Source: Vampirovibrionales bacterium
GTDB lineage: Bacteria > Cyanobacteriota > Vampirovibrionia > Vampirovibrionales > JAJTHC01
Direction: 5' to 3'
DNA length: 64,000 bases
Assembly (NCBI GenBank): GCA_044346175.1
Contig: JBIIZQ010000008.1
Location: 3,160 to 67,159, forward strand
Part shown: positions 28,701-37,461 of the stretch, one piece after another
How the letters are laid out: each line of letters begins with the position of its first letter
How positions within the stretch are numbered: the stretch's first letter is position 1
Notes under the pieces: generated by a model
Seen by the model: only the letters and a program-made list of their open reading frames with translations
What the model was told of the DNA's origin: nothing
The model's database searches: none
Position numbers and translations under genes: made by a program

Positions 28701-30851
28701 TTAAGAGGGGTAGGTATGCACTTCCGTACGAGGCGTGGTTTTTAGGGCTACAGGGTCTGGTATACTGGCACTCAGGGCTTGGAATCGTTGCGTATCTTGC
28801 ACAGAAGGCAAAGACCTCGGGGTTTGGTTTACTTGATAACGTGCTTCATTGCAAAGTGTGTTTAACCTATGAGCCTCTTCTTCAAATCCAAGTTTACTGA
28901 GTAAAGCAAACCAAGCGGGACGAATCGTATGGTAGAGTGTGTTTTGCATCGCTTCAAATAAAGCACGTTGCCCTTTGATGTGGTTAAACAGGTCTTCTGT
29001 CGATTTTGGGGTCACCATGCCATACAGTTGCTGAAAATACATCATGGGGATACTTGCACAGTGGCTGATTAAAGGGTTGGCAGTGAGTGCTAAAAGTAAG
29101 TCCTGTGTCCCTTGTTGTATTGCTGGTAAGTGGGCGAGGAGGGTATCTCGGTTTGGTTGATGAAGCAGGGCATCGATTAAGTGCATTTGCTTTGTCAGTG
29201 TTTGGAGCATCTCCGATAACTGGTAAGCTTCCTTCACCAAACCCTCCATAAACCACGAAACACCTTGTGCTGAAGGGTGCTTTTCGGATGTGAAAAGAGG
29301 TTTTAAAGCTTGCTGTATCTGCTCATGAAGCGGTGGCATAGAAGCTGGGAGGTAGTGGTATGTTTCTTGATACAGTGGTAGCAAAGCTTGGGGTGTGAGG
29401 GTTGTATAGCCTTCCACCAAAGCCCCACCTACAGAGATATTCCAAGCAGCTTGCTGAGGATAAAAAGTACGGAGAAATTGTAATTCATCACGATATTGCT
29501 TGAAGTCGCTTGTTGTCCAGAGGGTCTCTTCAGGGGTTTGACCTTGTATTTTCAAAAGATGATGGGTATACCCTGAATGACTTTCGGTCGTGTGGAGGGT
29601 CAGTACGCCATTTTCAAGCACGTCCGCTTGAACCCCTCCCGCATACACTTGATTACCTTTCATGGCAAGGTCAATGCCCGCAAGCGTTACATGGCTACAC
29701 CCCATCCTAAAAGCAACTTCAGTGCTGACAACTGCCACCCCACCCCCACCAATATGTTGCACGAGTCCAAGAGGTTGATGCTCGGGGTGATAATGTTTTG
29801 CCAAGTACTCTAAAAATTGGGCGACGAACTCATTGTTTTTTGCACAGTAGAGCAGGGCATGATTTTGAGGTGCAAGGGTGAATGTTTCTGGTGGTGCAAA
29901 GCCAGGTACAATCAACGTAATGCCTTCAAGATAGCCTTCTGGTAAACCAAAAAACTGTTCCTTGGCACTGACGGGGTCATAGAAAAAGGCAAAATGAGGC
30001 TTGATACCGTATTCAGAAAGTCGACGTAGTGCGCCACCCACGGCAAGTAAAACGGTTTGACCCTCTTCCGCTAAGCATTTTAGGGTAGGGAGGGCATCAT
30101 CTAAGGAAGGCCCCCTCCCAATCACCACTGCAGGCCGATGCTTAAACAGTGCATGGAAAGCTTCAAGATGGTACCACTGAGGGTAAATGGCAAGGTTTTC
30201 TAAAAGATTAAGCACCTGTAGGTCATGACGGGCATAAAAAGTATTTAAACCCAATTGTGCCTCTTTTTTGAAGTCATCAATCCATGTACTGATGCGTTCA
30301 TGTTTCTCGGGCGACCAAAGTTTTTGGTAACCTTCTCCTGCGTACAGAACATCCATGCGTTCAGGGAAAAGGGTCTGTTTGGCAAATCTGGCACGGATAC
30401 CATCTAACGTATGTACGAGTGAGACATGAGCGTGCTTAAATAGCCCTGTAAAATTCACCTCGCTCAATAAAAATTTAAGCAATGGCAAATTATCTTCATA
30501 AATCACAATCTGCCCTGTCGTTTCACGTGCAGCGAGCTGAGCCAAAAACCCCATCCCAAAACCCAGAATAATATGCGTTGACACCTTTCCTCGTGGGGTG
30601 TGGGTTTGTTTCCAGAGCATTTTAGCCTCTTGATGTCCACCTGTCATGGCCTGAAGAGGGATACCGTTTAGGCATAACGTGATACCTCCGTCTTGGGTTT
30701 CTTGTACTTGCCAAGCGTCTTCGGTCAATGCTTCACAGTTACATATTGCCTCAATGAGGGCTTCGTGCCGAGTGTCAAAAAGCTGTAGGGCATGGAGGTT
30801 TTGAGCAAGAAAGGTCATCATCACAGTGGGCGGATACTCCTGCAATAGCAT
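28701..30851 (-). CDS. Motility-associated factor (Maf/DUF115, MptE-like) flagellin glycosyltransferase family protein
   Basis: ILGFGMG, PAVVIGRGPSLD, L...GIKPHF, GG.V......AFRMGC..V.L.GIDLA, N.S.GGA.VEG. Confidence 0.85.
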   Translation of the reverse strand: MLLQEYPPTVMMTFLAQNLHALQLFDTRHEALIEAICNCEALTEDAWQVQETQDGGITLCLNGIPLQAMTGGHQEAKMLWKQTHTPRGKVSTHIILGFGMGFLAQLAARETTGQIVIYEDNLPLLKFLLSEVNFTGLFKHAHVSLVHTLDGIRARFAKQTLFPERMDVLYAGEGYQKLWSPEKHERISTWIDDFKKEAQLGLNTFYARHDLQVLNLLENLAIYPQWYHLEAFHALFKHRPAVVIGRGPSLDDALPTLKCLAEEGQTVLLAVGGALRRLSEYGIKPHFAFFYDPVSAKEQFFGLPEGYLEGITLIVPGFAPPETFTLAPQNHALLYCAKNNEFVAQFLEYLAKHYHPEHQPLGLVQHIGGGGVAVVSTEVAFRMGCSHVTLAGIDLAMKGNQVYAGGVQADVLENGVLTLHTTESHSGYTHHLLKIQGQTPEETLWTTSDFKQYRDELQFLRTFYPQQAAWNISVGGALVEGYTTLTPQALLPLYQETYHYLPASMPPLHEQIQQALKPLFTSEKHPSAQGVSWFMEGLVKEAYQLSEMLQTLTKQMHLIDALLHQPNRDTLLAHLPAIQQGTQDLLLALTANPLISHCASIPMMYFQQLYGMVTPKSTEDLFNHIKGQRALFEAMQNTLYHTIRPAWFALLSKLGFEEEAHRLNTLCNEARYQVNQTPRSLPSVQDTQRFQALSASIPDPVALKTTPRTEVHTYPS

Positions 30852-31175
30852 CGAAAGACAATCAAAGGACTTTGGTACTCACAGTGTAGAGGATATGCTT
30901 TAGGGTCGTGACGGTGTAGGATAAAACTTCAGTTCCTTATAGGAGCAAGACATAAAACCCAGATGCCTCATCTCAAGAGACCCCAAGGTATGAATACTTT
31001 GTAGCCACACGACAAAAAAACAAACAACCTATCACGTCTAAAATATCCCTATCGTGCTAGGTACTTTTACAGTGTCATTCTTTGATGATACGCTTTCTGA
31101 TATGCGAAAAACAGAATCTGAGATTTTAAGTCTGGTGTTATAGAAAAAAACGAAAAAATTGACATTGTATCCCAT

Positions 31176-32477
31176 ATGTTTACTACTACGACCCTTACGC
31201 CCCTAGTCAACACCTTGCGTCTTAAAAAACAGGATAAAGCTTCAAAGGGTACTTTCAACACTGAAACGCAACACTCATGGAGGGATGCTGATTTTTCAAA
31301 TAGAAGCAACTTTACAGTAAAACCATTCACACATCAGGCAAGTAGCTTTCTATCTTCTCCTATTCAGGTTCAGACTTCATCTACCCTGAAACATAAGCCA
31401 GCTTACCCGTCCCGTTTTGGGGAAATTATCATTGCACCAAACACACGTATCATTCATACTATGCCCATGCAGGATATTCATAAGCTTTTTGGGCATTTGA
31501 ATGAACTTTCAAAAAAATATCAGTTTGCCGCACCGCATCTTACAGGAGGCTTTGCATTGAGTTGGCTAGAAGCACTCAAGCAACAACGTTCTGACATTAA
31601 GGTAAGAGACCTAGATATCCTCCTCTGGATGCAGAAAGGCAAACAGAACGAAAATGTCTCTTGGCGTGACGCATTTGTAGCCTTTACAAACGATTTAAAA
31701 CAACGTTTAGAAACAGACCTTAAGATACCCTTCGAGGTCATTCCTAAGCCCGATTCAGAAAAAAATTACCCCACACCAAGAGCCATCCGTGTGATTGTGC
31801 CTAAAAATAGAGAAGAAAGGTCAAAGTATCCTATACTGGACCTCTTTATGGCACCTTCTCAAGCAAGCGTTGCATTGGCGGATACACTTACCAACAAACA
31901 TGCTTTACGATTCCCCTTAACCCCTCATACCTCACAGGAGGGCATCCATCGTTTACTTAAGGACTACGAGACCCCTGTCACGATGATGAAAAACGCATCG
32001 ACATTTGAAACACCCCATAAACCAGACCGATTGATTTTTAAAATGGCAACCCTTCAAAGCAAGCTGCCTCAAACTATCGACACCTCTCAAGTGCGGTCTC
32101 TTATCGACCAAGTTTCTCAATTAAGCGTGACCCCAGAACCTACCATTAAAAAACAGGGGGAAGTCCTCCGCCGAACCTTACGTTTATTGTTTGTGCCACA
32201 CCCTGAGGCTGCTTTCAATATGATGCAACGTAGTCAGCTCCTTTCCAAATGCCTGCCGCATACGCCCTTAAACAATAAGCTTGTGGCTTACACGCTCTTA
32301 GAAAACTTTAAAAAGATAGGTAGTGAGCCTATTTCGGATGCAGCAAAACTTCAAAAAGCTGTTAAACACCTTGAAGAAACCCTAACATCGGCAGGAGATG
32401 GACTCATTGAAGAGGCTCTTAAGCAACTACAGGTTGCATACATACACTCACCAAAACCCTCTGTCCCCTCTGCTTGA
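31176..32477 (+). CDS. Divergent class II nucleotidyltransferase (CCA-adding/poly(A) polymerase-like) with an 80-aa low-complexity leader ending in RFG
   Basis: HLTGG...VRDLDILL (GG plus DxD), ILDL third-Asp strand, and body motif EVLR..LRLL..PHP..AF.MM....LL.K.LP. RRD and EDxxR motifs are degenerate. Confidence 0.6.
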   Translation: MFTTTTLTPLVNTLRLKKQDKASKGTFNTETQHSWRDADFSNRSNFTVKPFTHQASSFLSSPIQVQTSSTLKHKPAYPSRFGEIIIAPNTRIIHTMPMQDIHKLFGHLNELSKKYQFAAPHLTGGFALSWLEALKQQRSDIKVRDLDILLWMQKGKQNENVSWRDAFVAFTNDLKQRLETDLKIPFEVIPKPDSEKNYPTPRAIRVIVPKNREERSKYPILDLFMAPSQASVALADTLTNKHALRFPLTPHTSQEGIHRLLKDYETPVTMMKNASTFETPHKPDRLIFKMATLQSKLPQTIDTSQVRSLIDQVSQLSVTPEPTIKKQGEVLRRTLRLLFVPHPEAAFNMMQRSQLLSKCLPHTPLNNKLVAYTLLENFKKIGSEPISDAAKLQKAVKHLEETLTSAGDGLIEEALKQLQVAYIHSPKPSVPSA

Positions 32478-32611
32478 TTTTTCCTCTTTTCAAAAGCTCT
32501 TTTATTAAAAAAAGATAAATATCTTTAGCAATAGCTAAATTGACGAGTATACTATTTAGTGGATAATAACCTTAAAATAATTGACACGAATATTTAGAGA
32601 GTTTAAAACCC

Positions 32612-33547
32612 TTGGTTATTCACATTACACACCCTACTGATTTCCCTCCCTCCTTTCTTGAAGCCTATCGTCAAGGCAAGCTCGTTTTTTTCTGTGGTGC
32701 TGGCATCTCGAATTATGGTAGTGCATTGCCTGCTTATTATGCTTCGTTTAAAGCCTTGGTTAGGGCTGTGCTTGACTGCTTTGACCCTTCTTGGGAATCA
32801 AATATTCACACGCTAAAGTATCAGTTATATGAGAAATATAAATATGACGAATTACTTGAGAACTTAGATGAGGATTACGGGCGTGATGGAATTCACAGCC
32901 ATATTAAATCCCTGTTTCAAAATAGACTGCCAATAGATTTGCAATTAAATCACCATAGTATTCTGTTAAATTTGGCAAGACCAACCCAAAATCAAGGGTT
33001 CGTACAGCTAGTCACTACCAATTTTGATACTTGCTTCAGTATGGCAAGTGGCAATGAACGTATTAAAGAGTTCTATGCCCCTCTACTACCTATCCCTAGA
33101 GGTGAGATGAATTACCCTCATGCAATTACCTATTTACATGGCAATGTGTCAGACCCGATGTTGGAAAACAATCTTATATATAGTAGTTCTGATTTTGGGA
33201 AAGCTTATATTAGTGATGGCTATGCTGCCCGCTTTATCAGCGAACTAACCAAAAACTATACGATATGCTTTATCGGTTATAGTGTAAATGACCCCATCAT
33301 GCGCTACACTCTGTCTGGTGTTAAAGCAGTCAAAAGAGAAACAGCTGAAGCTCATACTCCAGAAATATTCACACTTACTTCTTTCAGTGATAACTCCTTG
33401 GAGCGTCGTCAAGAAAGAGAAGCACTCGAATTATTAGGATTGAGTGTCCTAGAATTTGAAAACTACCCTGCCATGTGGCATTGTTTGGAAACATGGTACA
33501 CCTACCAAACACAAGATATATTTGAGTTAGCACGGGCAAATTTCTAA
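32612..33547 (+). CDS. SIR2-like NADase domain; N-terminal part of a Dsr1-like defence sirtuin
   Basis: GKLVFFCGAGIS, LVTTNFD, YLHG, SSSDFGKAY...GYAARFISEL..NYTICFIGYSVNDP.MRY; TTG start. Confidence 0.88.
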   Translation: MVIHITHPTDFPPSFLEAYRQGKLVFFCGAGISNYGSALPAYYASFKALVRAVLDCFDPSWESNIHTLKYQLYEKYKYDELLENLDEDYGRDGIHSHIKSLFQNRLPIDLQLNHHSILLNLARPTQNQGFVQLVTTNFDTCFSMASGNERIKEFYAPLLPIPRGEMNYPHAITYLHGNVSDPMLENNLIYSSSDFGKAYISDGYAARFISELTKNYTICFIGYSVNDPIMRYTLSGVKAVKRETAEAHTPEIFTLTSFSDNSLERRQEREALELLGLSVLEFENYPAMWHCLETWYTYQTQDIFELARANF

Positions 33548-33592
33548 CTTTGTCTAATCAATCGTTTTTACGCTAGTATCAGAAAAAAAACT

Positions 33593-36529
33593 ATGTATAA
33601 CGAACTATTTAATCCAACCTCTAAACAATACTTTGTATTAAAAAACCTTATTCCCAACCCTGATACCTACCTACAATATCCTTTCTATCCTCATTGGGAT
33701 AAGCTGCCGTTTGGACTCCTTAAAGCCGTCCAGAAGGTGCATATCATGCAAACCACACCTAAAGAAAAGCGTCAATCGGATGAGCTTGAACTCTACACAA
33801 AAATAGAGGCGTTGCCAAACCTAATTTTGCCTGACTACAAACCCCATCAGTCGACAGGTTCTATTTATGGTCATTTTATTGGGGAGCGTCATAAACCCCT
33901 CCACCCTATTACAAGGGGCTGGGTGTTCCTTATCGGAAAACATATCCATGACCCTGAAGTGTTCCAGTGGCTTATCACCCAAAGTAATGTATTACATCCA
34001 GCGTTAGAGGATGAGATAGCAAGGGCATTAGCTCATGACAAGACATTTACGATGGATGAGGGTTTAAGGGAAGCTTGGCGAGTACTGCTGTTAAAGCAAA
34101 CGTGGGATAGCAAACCACGGTATTGTCCTAATTTTGACGACGCAAGTGAAGAAGCTGATGAGCTTAAACTTTGGTTGAGAGACATACTCAAACCTCGCAT
34201 TGTAATACGACCACCTCATGATTATGAAAAGCTATCCAGTAAAAAATTTCCTTCATACCGTGTTGAGCTTATTTTTTTGCATGATGATATTGAACAATAT
34301 CGACTTTCTCAATGGATGCAAAAGAATACACCTGTCTTTTGGTACAACCTTTTTGAAGCTATTGAGCATAGCTTAAAGCAGTATATTGAACTTACTAAGG
34401 AAATCACTCCAAAAGAAGATACCTTGAGCTTTATCCTTGAAGTTGCTTCCATCATTGACCATAAGCAAAACCTTGGATTTAGTAACTTGGTAAGTCTATT
34501 TAATCATCTTGAAGCTTGCTTTGAGGCTTTAATCCAGCATGATGAAGGCACAAAGTGGTGTGCTGATGCGTTAGAACGCTTTGCAAGTAAGCCTGAAGCC
34601 CTTTGGTATCGTATCGTATTAGCGTATGTCACAAAATATCCTGATGTATTGAACCCATCCCTTGCTTGGCAGGTTTTAAGAGCCAATGGTTATAGTGTGA
34701 TTCAACACATGGGGAGCATGATTCGGAAGGAGTTTTTTGATTTACTTGAGAGTAAACACAAAAACCTATCACTACCCAACGATATTTTAGAAGCGATTTA
34801 TACCCAAATTCGTGCCTCTACAGCCACTAAATATGGCAATATCAACTGGCATCCTGATAGAAATTATAAGGTATTAGAGACTCTCAAAAACAACCATGCC
34901 TTGCTTCCTCCCGATTTAGACGCACTCTATAGTCAATATAAAGAGGCGTTCAAGACTGACCGTGAAGCCGACGATAGTCACAAATTTCCTATATATTTAA
35001 GCCCACTAAGCTTTGGAGACATCAGCAAATTGCCTGAAGATGAAGAAGCGATTTTTAAGCGTTTTCGGAAAGCAGACTCTTTTAAGGTCTGTGGTGAACT
35101 GGCATCATACACCGAAAAATATCCTCAAAAAGGAGTTAAGGTTTTTATTGCCTTACTGATGGAAGCCTTCTTTATAAGTTTGTGCTATTTCGATAAGGCA
35201 CTCACCAAAACCCTGTGTTATGGTGATATGCTGTTGCTACCTTGGCATATCCATAGATTTGAGTTCTACTGTGGGGAACTCGCCATGTACTTACGCCGAG
35301 GATTAAGCGGTGTTCAACTCCAAGAAAGACAAATAGCAAACTATGAAACCCAACTTAAAGAAAATGCCTTAACCCTGTTACCCCTGTATGAAACGTTATG
35401 GGCGTTGCAACTGAAAGATATCGCACACTCCACGAGTGGCTATATCAGGCATTATTGTTCCATACTATCGCAAGAAGAACCTCACAGATTTTGGGCTTTA
35501 TTTGATAAAGCTTGGCAAGCTTCTGAAGAACTCCCCGAGCCTAACATTGGCAAAGGTTTTTATGATGACAATTTTAACGCAACAATCAATCAATGTATTG
35601 GGAAACTTCTTGAAGCCTTACTATCATTAGAATTGGATAGGTATCGGTCAGGTGAATCTCAAGAGCAAGTATCCTTTCAACTGAGTGAAAAAACAAAAAG
35701 CTACTTAGAGGCATTTATACAACGAGATAAGGCAGCATATGCTTATAGTATGCTAGGTGCGTACTTGCCTCTTTTATTTCAAGTTCATCGAGCATGGGCA
35801 GAAGCACATCTACTGCCACTTATAACCCAACAAGAGCAAAGAAGCTTCCCAAAATCCAAAGCATTGGTTGAAGGGATTGTAGGTTACGGTAAGCAAAGCT
35901 ATGATTTAGAGAAATATCTTCAAACCGCTTGGTTAAATTTGGATACCAAGGCTTACTTTAGCACCAATGCAGATATGCTGAAGAGACATATCGGCAAGTT
36001 AATGAGTCTTTATTTTTACGATGAAGGTGACAATACCATGACGCCGATAGAGTATCATAAGTCGCTGAAAGCCATGCCTACCGAAAGCTTAAATACAGTT
36101 GCTTGGTGTCTTCGCCAAGTTAATGAACTCACTGAAACTTCTTTCAATAGGGTGGAAGATTTTTTCAAGATTGCTTGGCCTAAAGAGCTTAATAAGCTAG
36201 ATGCCCAGCAAACGACCTATTTTATTATGTTTGCCATGCAATACCCAAAGCACTTTAGGCGTATCATTAACCTACTCAAAGAGGAAAACCTCATCATGCA
36301 GTACGAAGAAAGAGGTGTCATTCTTCTTCCTTACGAGGACAAAGAAGGTAAAAAGCTTCAAGCACTATCTGATGAGGACTTTACACTACTCTGTGAGGTT
36401 CTGTGTCAACATCTACCTGTAACGGCGAAAAATACAGACTATTTTTTAACGGAGTTAAAAGTATACTTGGAAAAGAAAGCATGCCCGATGCCTGAATGCT
36501 TACAGGGCTATTTTGCACAGTTTGCTTAG
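33593..36529 (+). CDS. Large helical protein matching the C-terminal part of Dsr1-like sirtuins
   Basis: Same frame as the SIR2 ORF. Motifs recalled from Dsr1: H..DP....W.......LH, LR.ILKP, SI..H.QN.GF...V.L, IN...G...EALL, LF.V.RAW.E.HLLPL, WPK. Confidence 0.75.
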   Translation: MYNELFNPTSKQYFVLKNLIPNPDTYLQYPFYPHWDKLPFGLLKAVQKVHIMQTTPKEKRQSDELELYTKIEALPNLILPDYKPHQSTGSIYGHFIGERHKPLHPITRGWVFLIGKHIHDPEVFQWLITQSNVLHPALEDEIARALAHDKTFTMDEGLREAWRVLLLKQTWDSKPRYCPNFDDASEEADELKLWLRDILKPRIVIRPPHDYEKLSSKKFPSYRVELIFLHDDIEQYRLSQWMQKNTPVFWYNLFEAIEHSLKQYIELTKEITPKEDTLSFILEVASIIDHKQNLGFSNLVSLFNHLEACFEALIQHDEGTKWCADALERFASKPEALWYRIVLAYVTKYPDVLNPSLAWQVLRANGYSVIQHMGSMIRKEFFDLLESKHKNLSLPNDILEAIYTQIRASTATKYGNINWHPDRNYKVLETLKNNHALLPPDLDALYSQYKEAFKTDREADDSHKFPIYLSPLSFGDISKLPEDEEAIFKRFRKADSFKVCGELASYTEKYPQKGVKVFIALLMEAFFISLCYFDKALTKTLCYGDMLLLPWHIHRFEFYCGELAMYLRRGLSGVQLQERQIANYETQLKENALTLLPLYETLWALQLKDIAHSTSGYIRHYCSILSQEEPHRFWALFDKAWQASEELPEPNIGKGFYDDNFNATINQCIGKLLEALLSLELDRYRSGESQEQVSFQLSEKTKSYLEAFIQRDKAAYAYSMLGAYLPLLFQVHRAWAEAHLLPLITQQEQRSFPKSKALVEGIVGYGKQSYDLEKYLQTAWLNLDTKAYFSTNADMLKRHIGKLMSLYFYDEGDNTMTPIEYHKSLKAMPTESLNTVAWCLRQVNELTETSFNRVEDFFKIAWPKELNKLDAQQTTYFIMFAMQYPKHFRRIINLLKEENLIMQYEERGVILLPYEDKEGKKLQALSDEDFTLLCEVLCQHLPVTAKNTDYFLTELKVYLEKKACPMPECLQGYFAQFA

Positions 36530-37461
36530 GAGGATGCCTTGTTGCCAATACGGTGAAAGACCCGAGACACGGCGAGGCACTGCCCCGTGTGGCGATGCAA
36601 TGTAAACCGCACGGCGTTAATTTGGCTTGTGGTACTGTCTTCAGGAATACTCATTTTGGCACGTGTAAGCGTTCTGGCACGTTGAATGGAAGCCGCTACT
36701 GCCATCCCAATCACGGAAACCTCTGCCCCGTTAAACCCAGCATCGGTAATAAAGCCTGTATGACCATTTAAAATCTTTTCATCGGCCGTTTGCACATGGG
36801 TATGCGTACCTGCCATGGCGGAAAGCCCTAAGCCTGAGGCGTACCAACCCATTGCCATTTTTTCGGCGGTGGTTTCAGCGTGCATGTCTAGGAAAATGAG
36901 AGGGGTTTCAGCTTGTAGGATGGTGATAGCTTCATCCAATCTTTCCCAAGGGGAATCAAAATGCCCCATAAACACTTGCCCAAGGAGGTTGATAACCCCT
37001 ATTTTTAAGGGGGTGCCATCACGATGCAGCACGTCATATACTCGCCAACCCACACCTGTGGCTTCTTTACCGAAGTTGGCAGGACGCACCATGGCGGGCA
37101 TGTCCGCCACGTGGTGTACACTGTCCTCACGGTCAAACGTATGGTTTCCTCCCGTAAACGCATGAATCCCTAGGGCTTGGAGTTCATCGTAATGCTTTTT
37201 ACTTAACCCAAAGCCGTGCGTGGCATTTTCAACATTGGCAATAACGACATCGGCAGGGTTTTGCGGGTGAAGGTGCTTCATGTAATGTGCCACGGCTTGC
37301 CGTCCTGGTTGCCCTACAATATCGCCAAAAAAAAGCAGGGTCACAATGTCTTCAGGTGGCACACCAAGAGGAGTGTCTGAAGCAGGGGAAGGCTGTACCG
37401 ATAAACGCTGGGTTGCGAACGTGTCCAAAAAGGCATACGGCGGGGAAACATCATACGCCAT
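36526..37461 (-). CDS. ymdB: YmdB-like metallophosphoesterase (TIGR00282)
   Basis: GDIVGQPGR, ANVENA.HG.G, TGGNHTFD, RPAN, DMHAETTAEK, GTHTHVQTAD, TDAG..G. Confidence 0.93.
   Translation of the reverse strand: MAYDVSPPYAFLDTFATQRLSVQPSPASDTPLGVPPEDIVTLLFFGDIVGQPGRQAVAHYMKHLHPQNPADVVIANVENATHGFGLSKKHYDELQALGIHAFTGGNHTFDREDSVHHVADMPAMVRPANFGKEATGVGWRVYDVLHRDGTPLKIGVINLLGQVFMGHFDSPWERLDEAITILQAETPLIFLDMHAETTAEKMAMGWYASGLGLSAMAGTHTHVQTADEKILNGHTGFITDAGFNGAEVSVIGMAVAASIQRARTLTRAKMSIPEDSTTSQINAVRFTLHRHTGQCLAVSRVFHRIGNKASS

Noticed and set aside
33545-33547. Genome-wide stop-codon reassignment explaining the split sirtuin
   Set aside because: TAA terminates many clear genes here (secE, icd, flgK, glyQ).
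26816-36529. One integrated mobile element spanning relaxase to Dsr1-like locus
   Set aside because: No integrase or att repeats, and a host flagellar maf gene lies in the middle.
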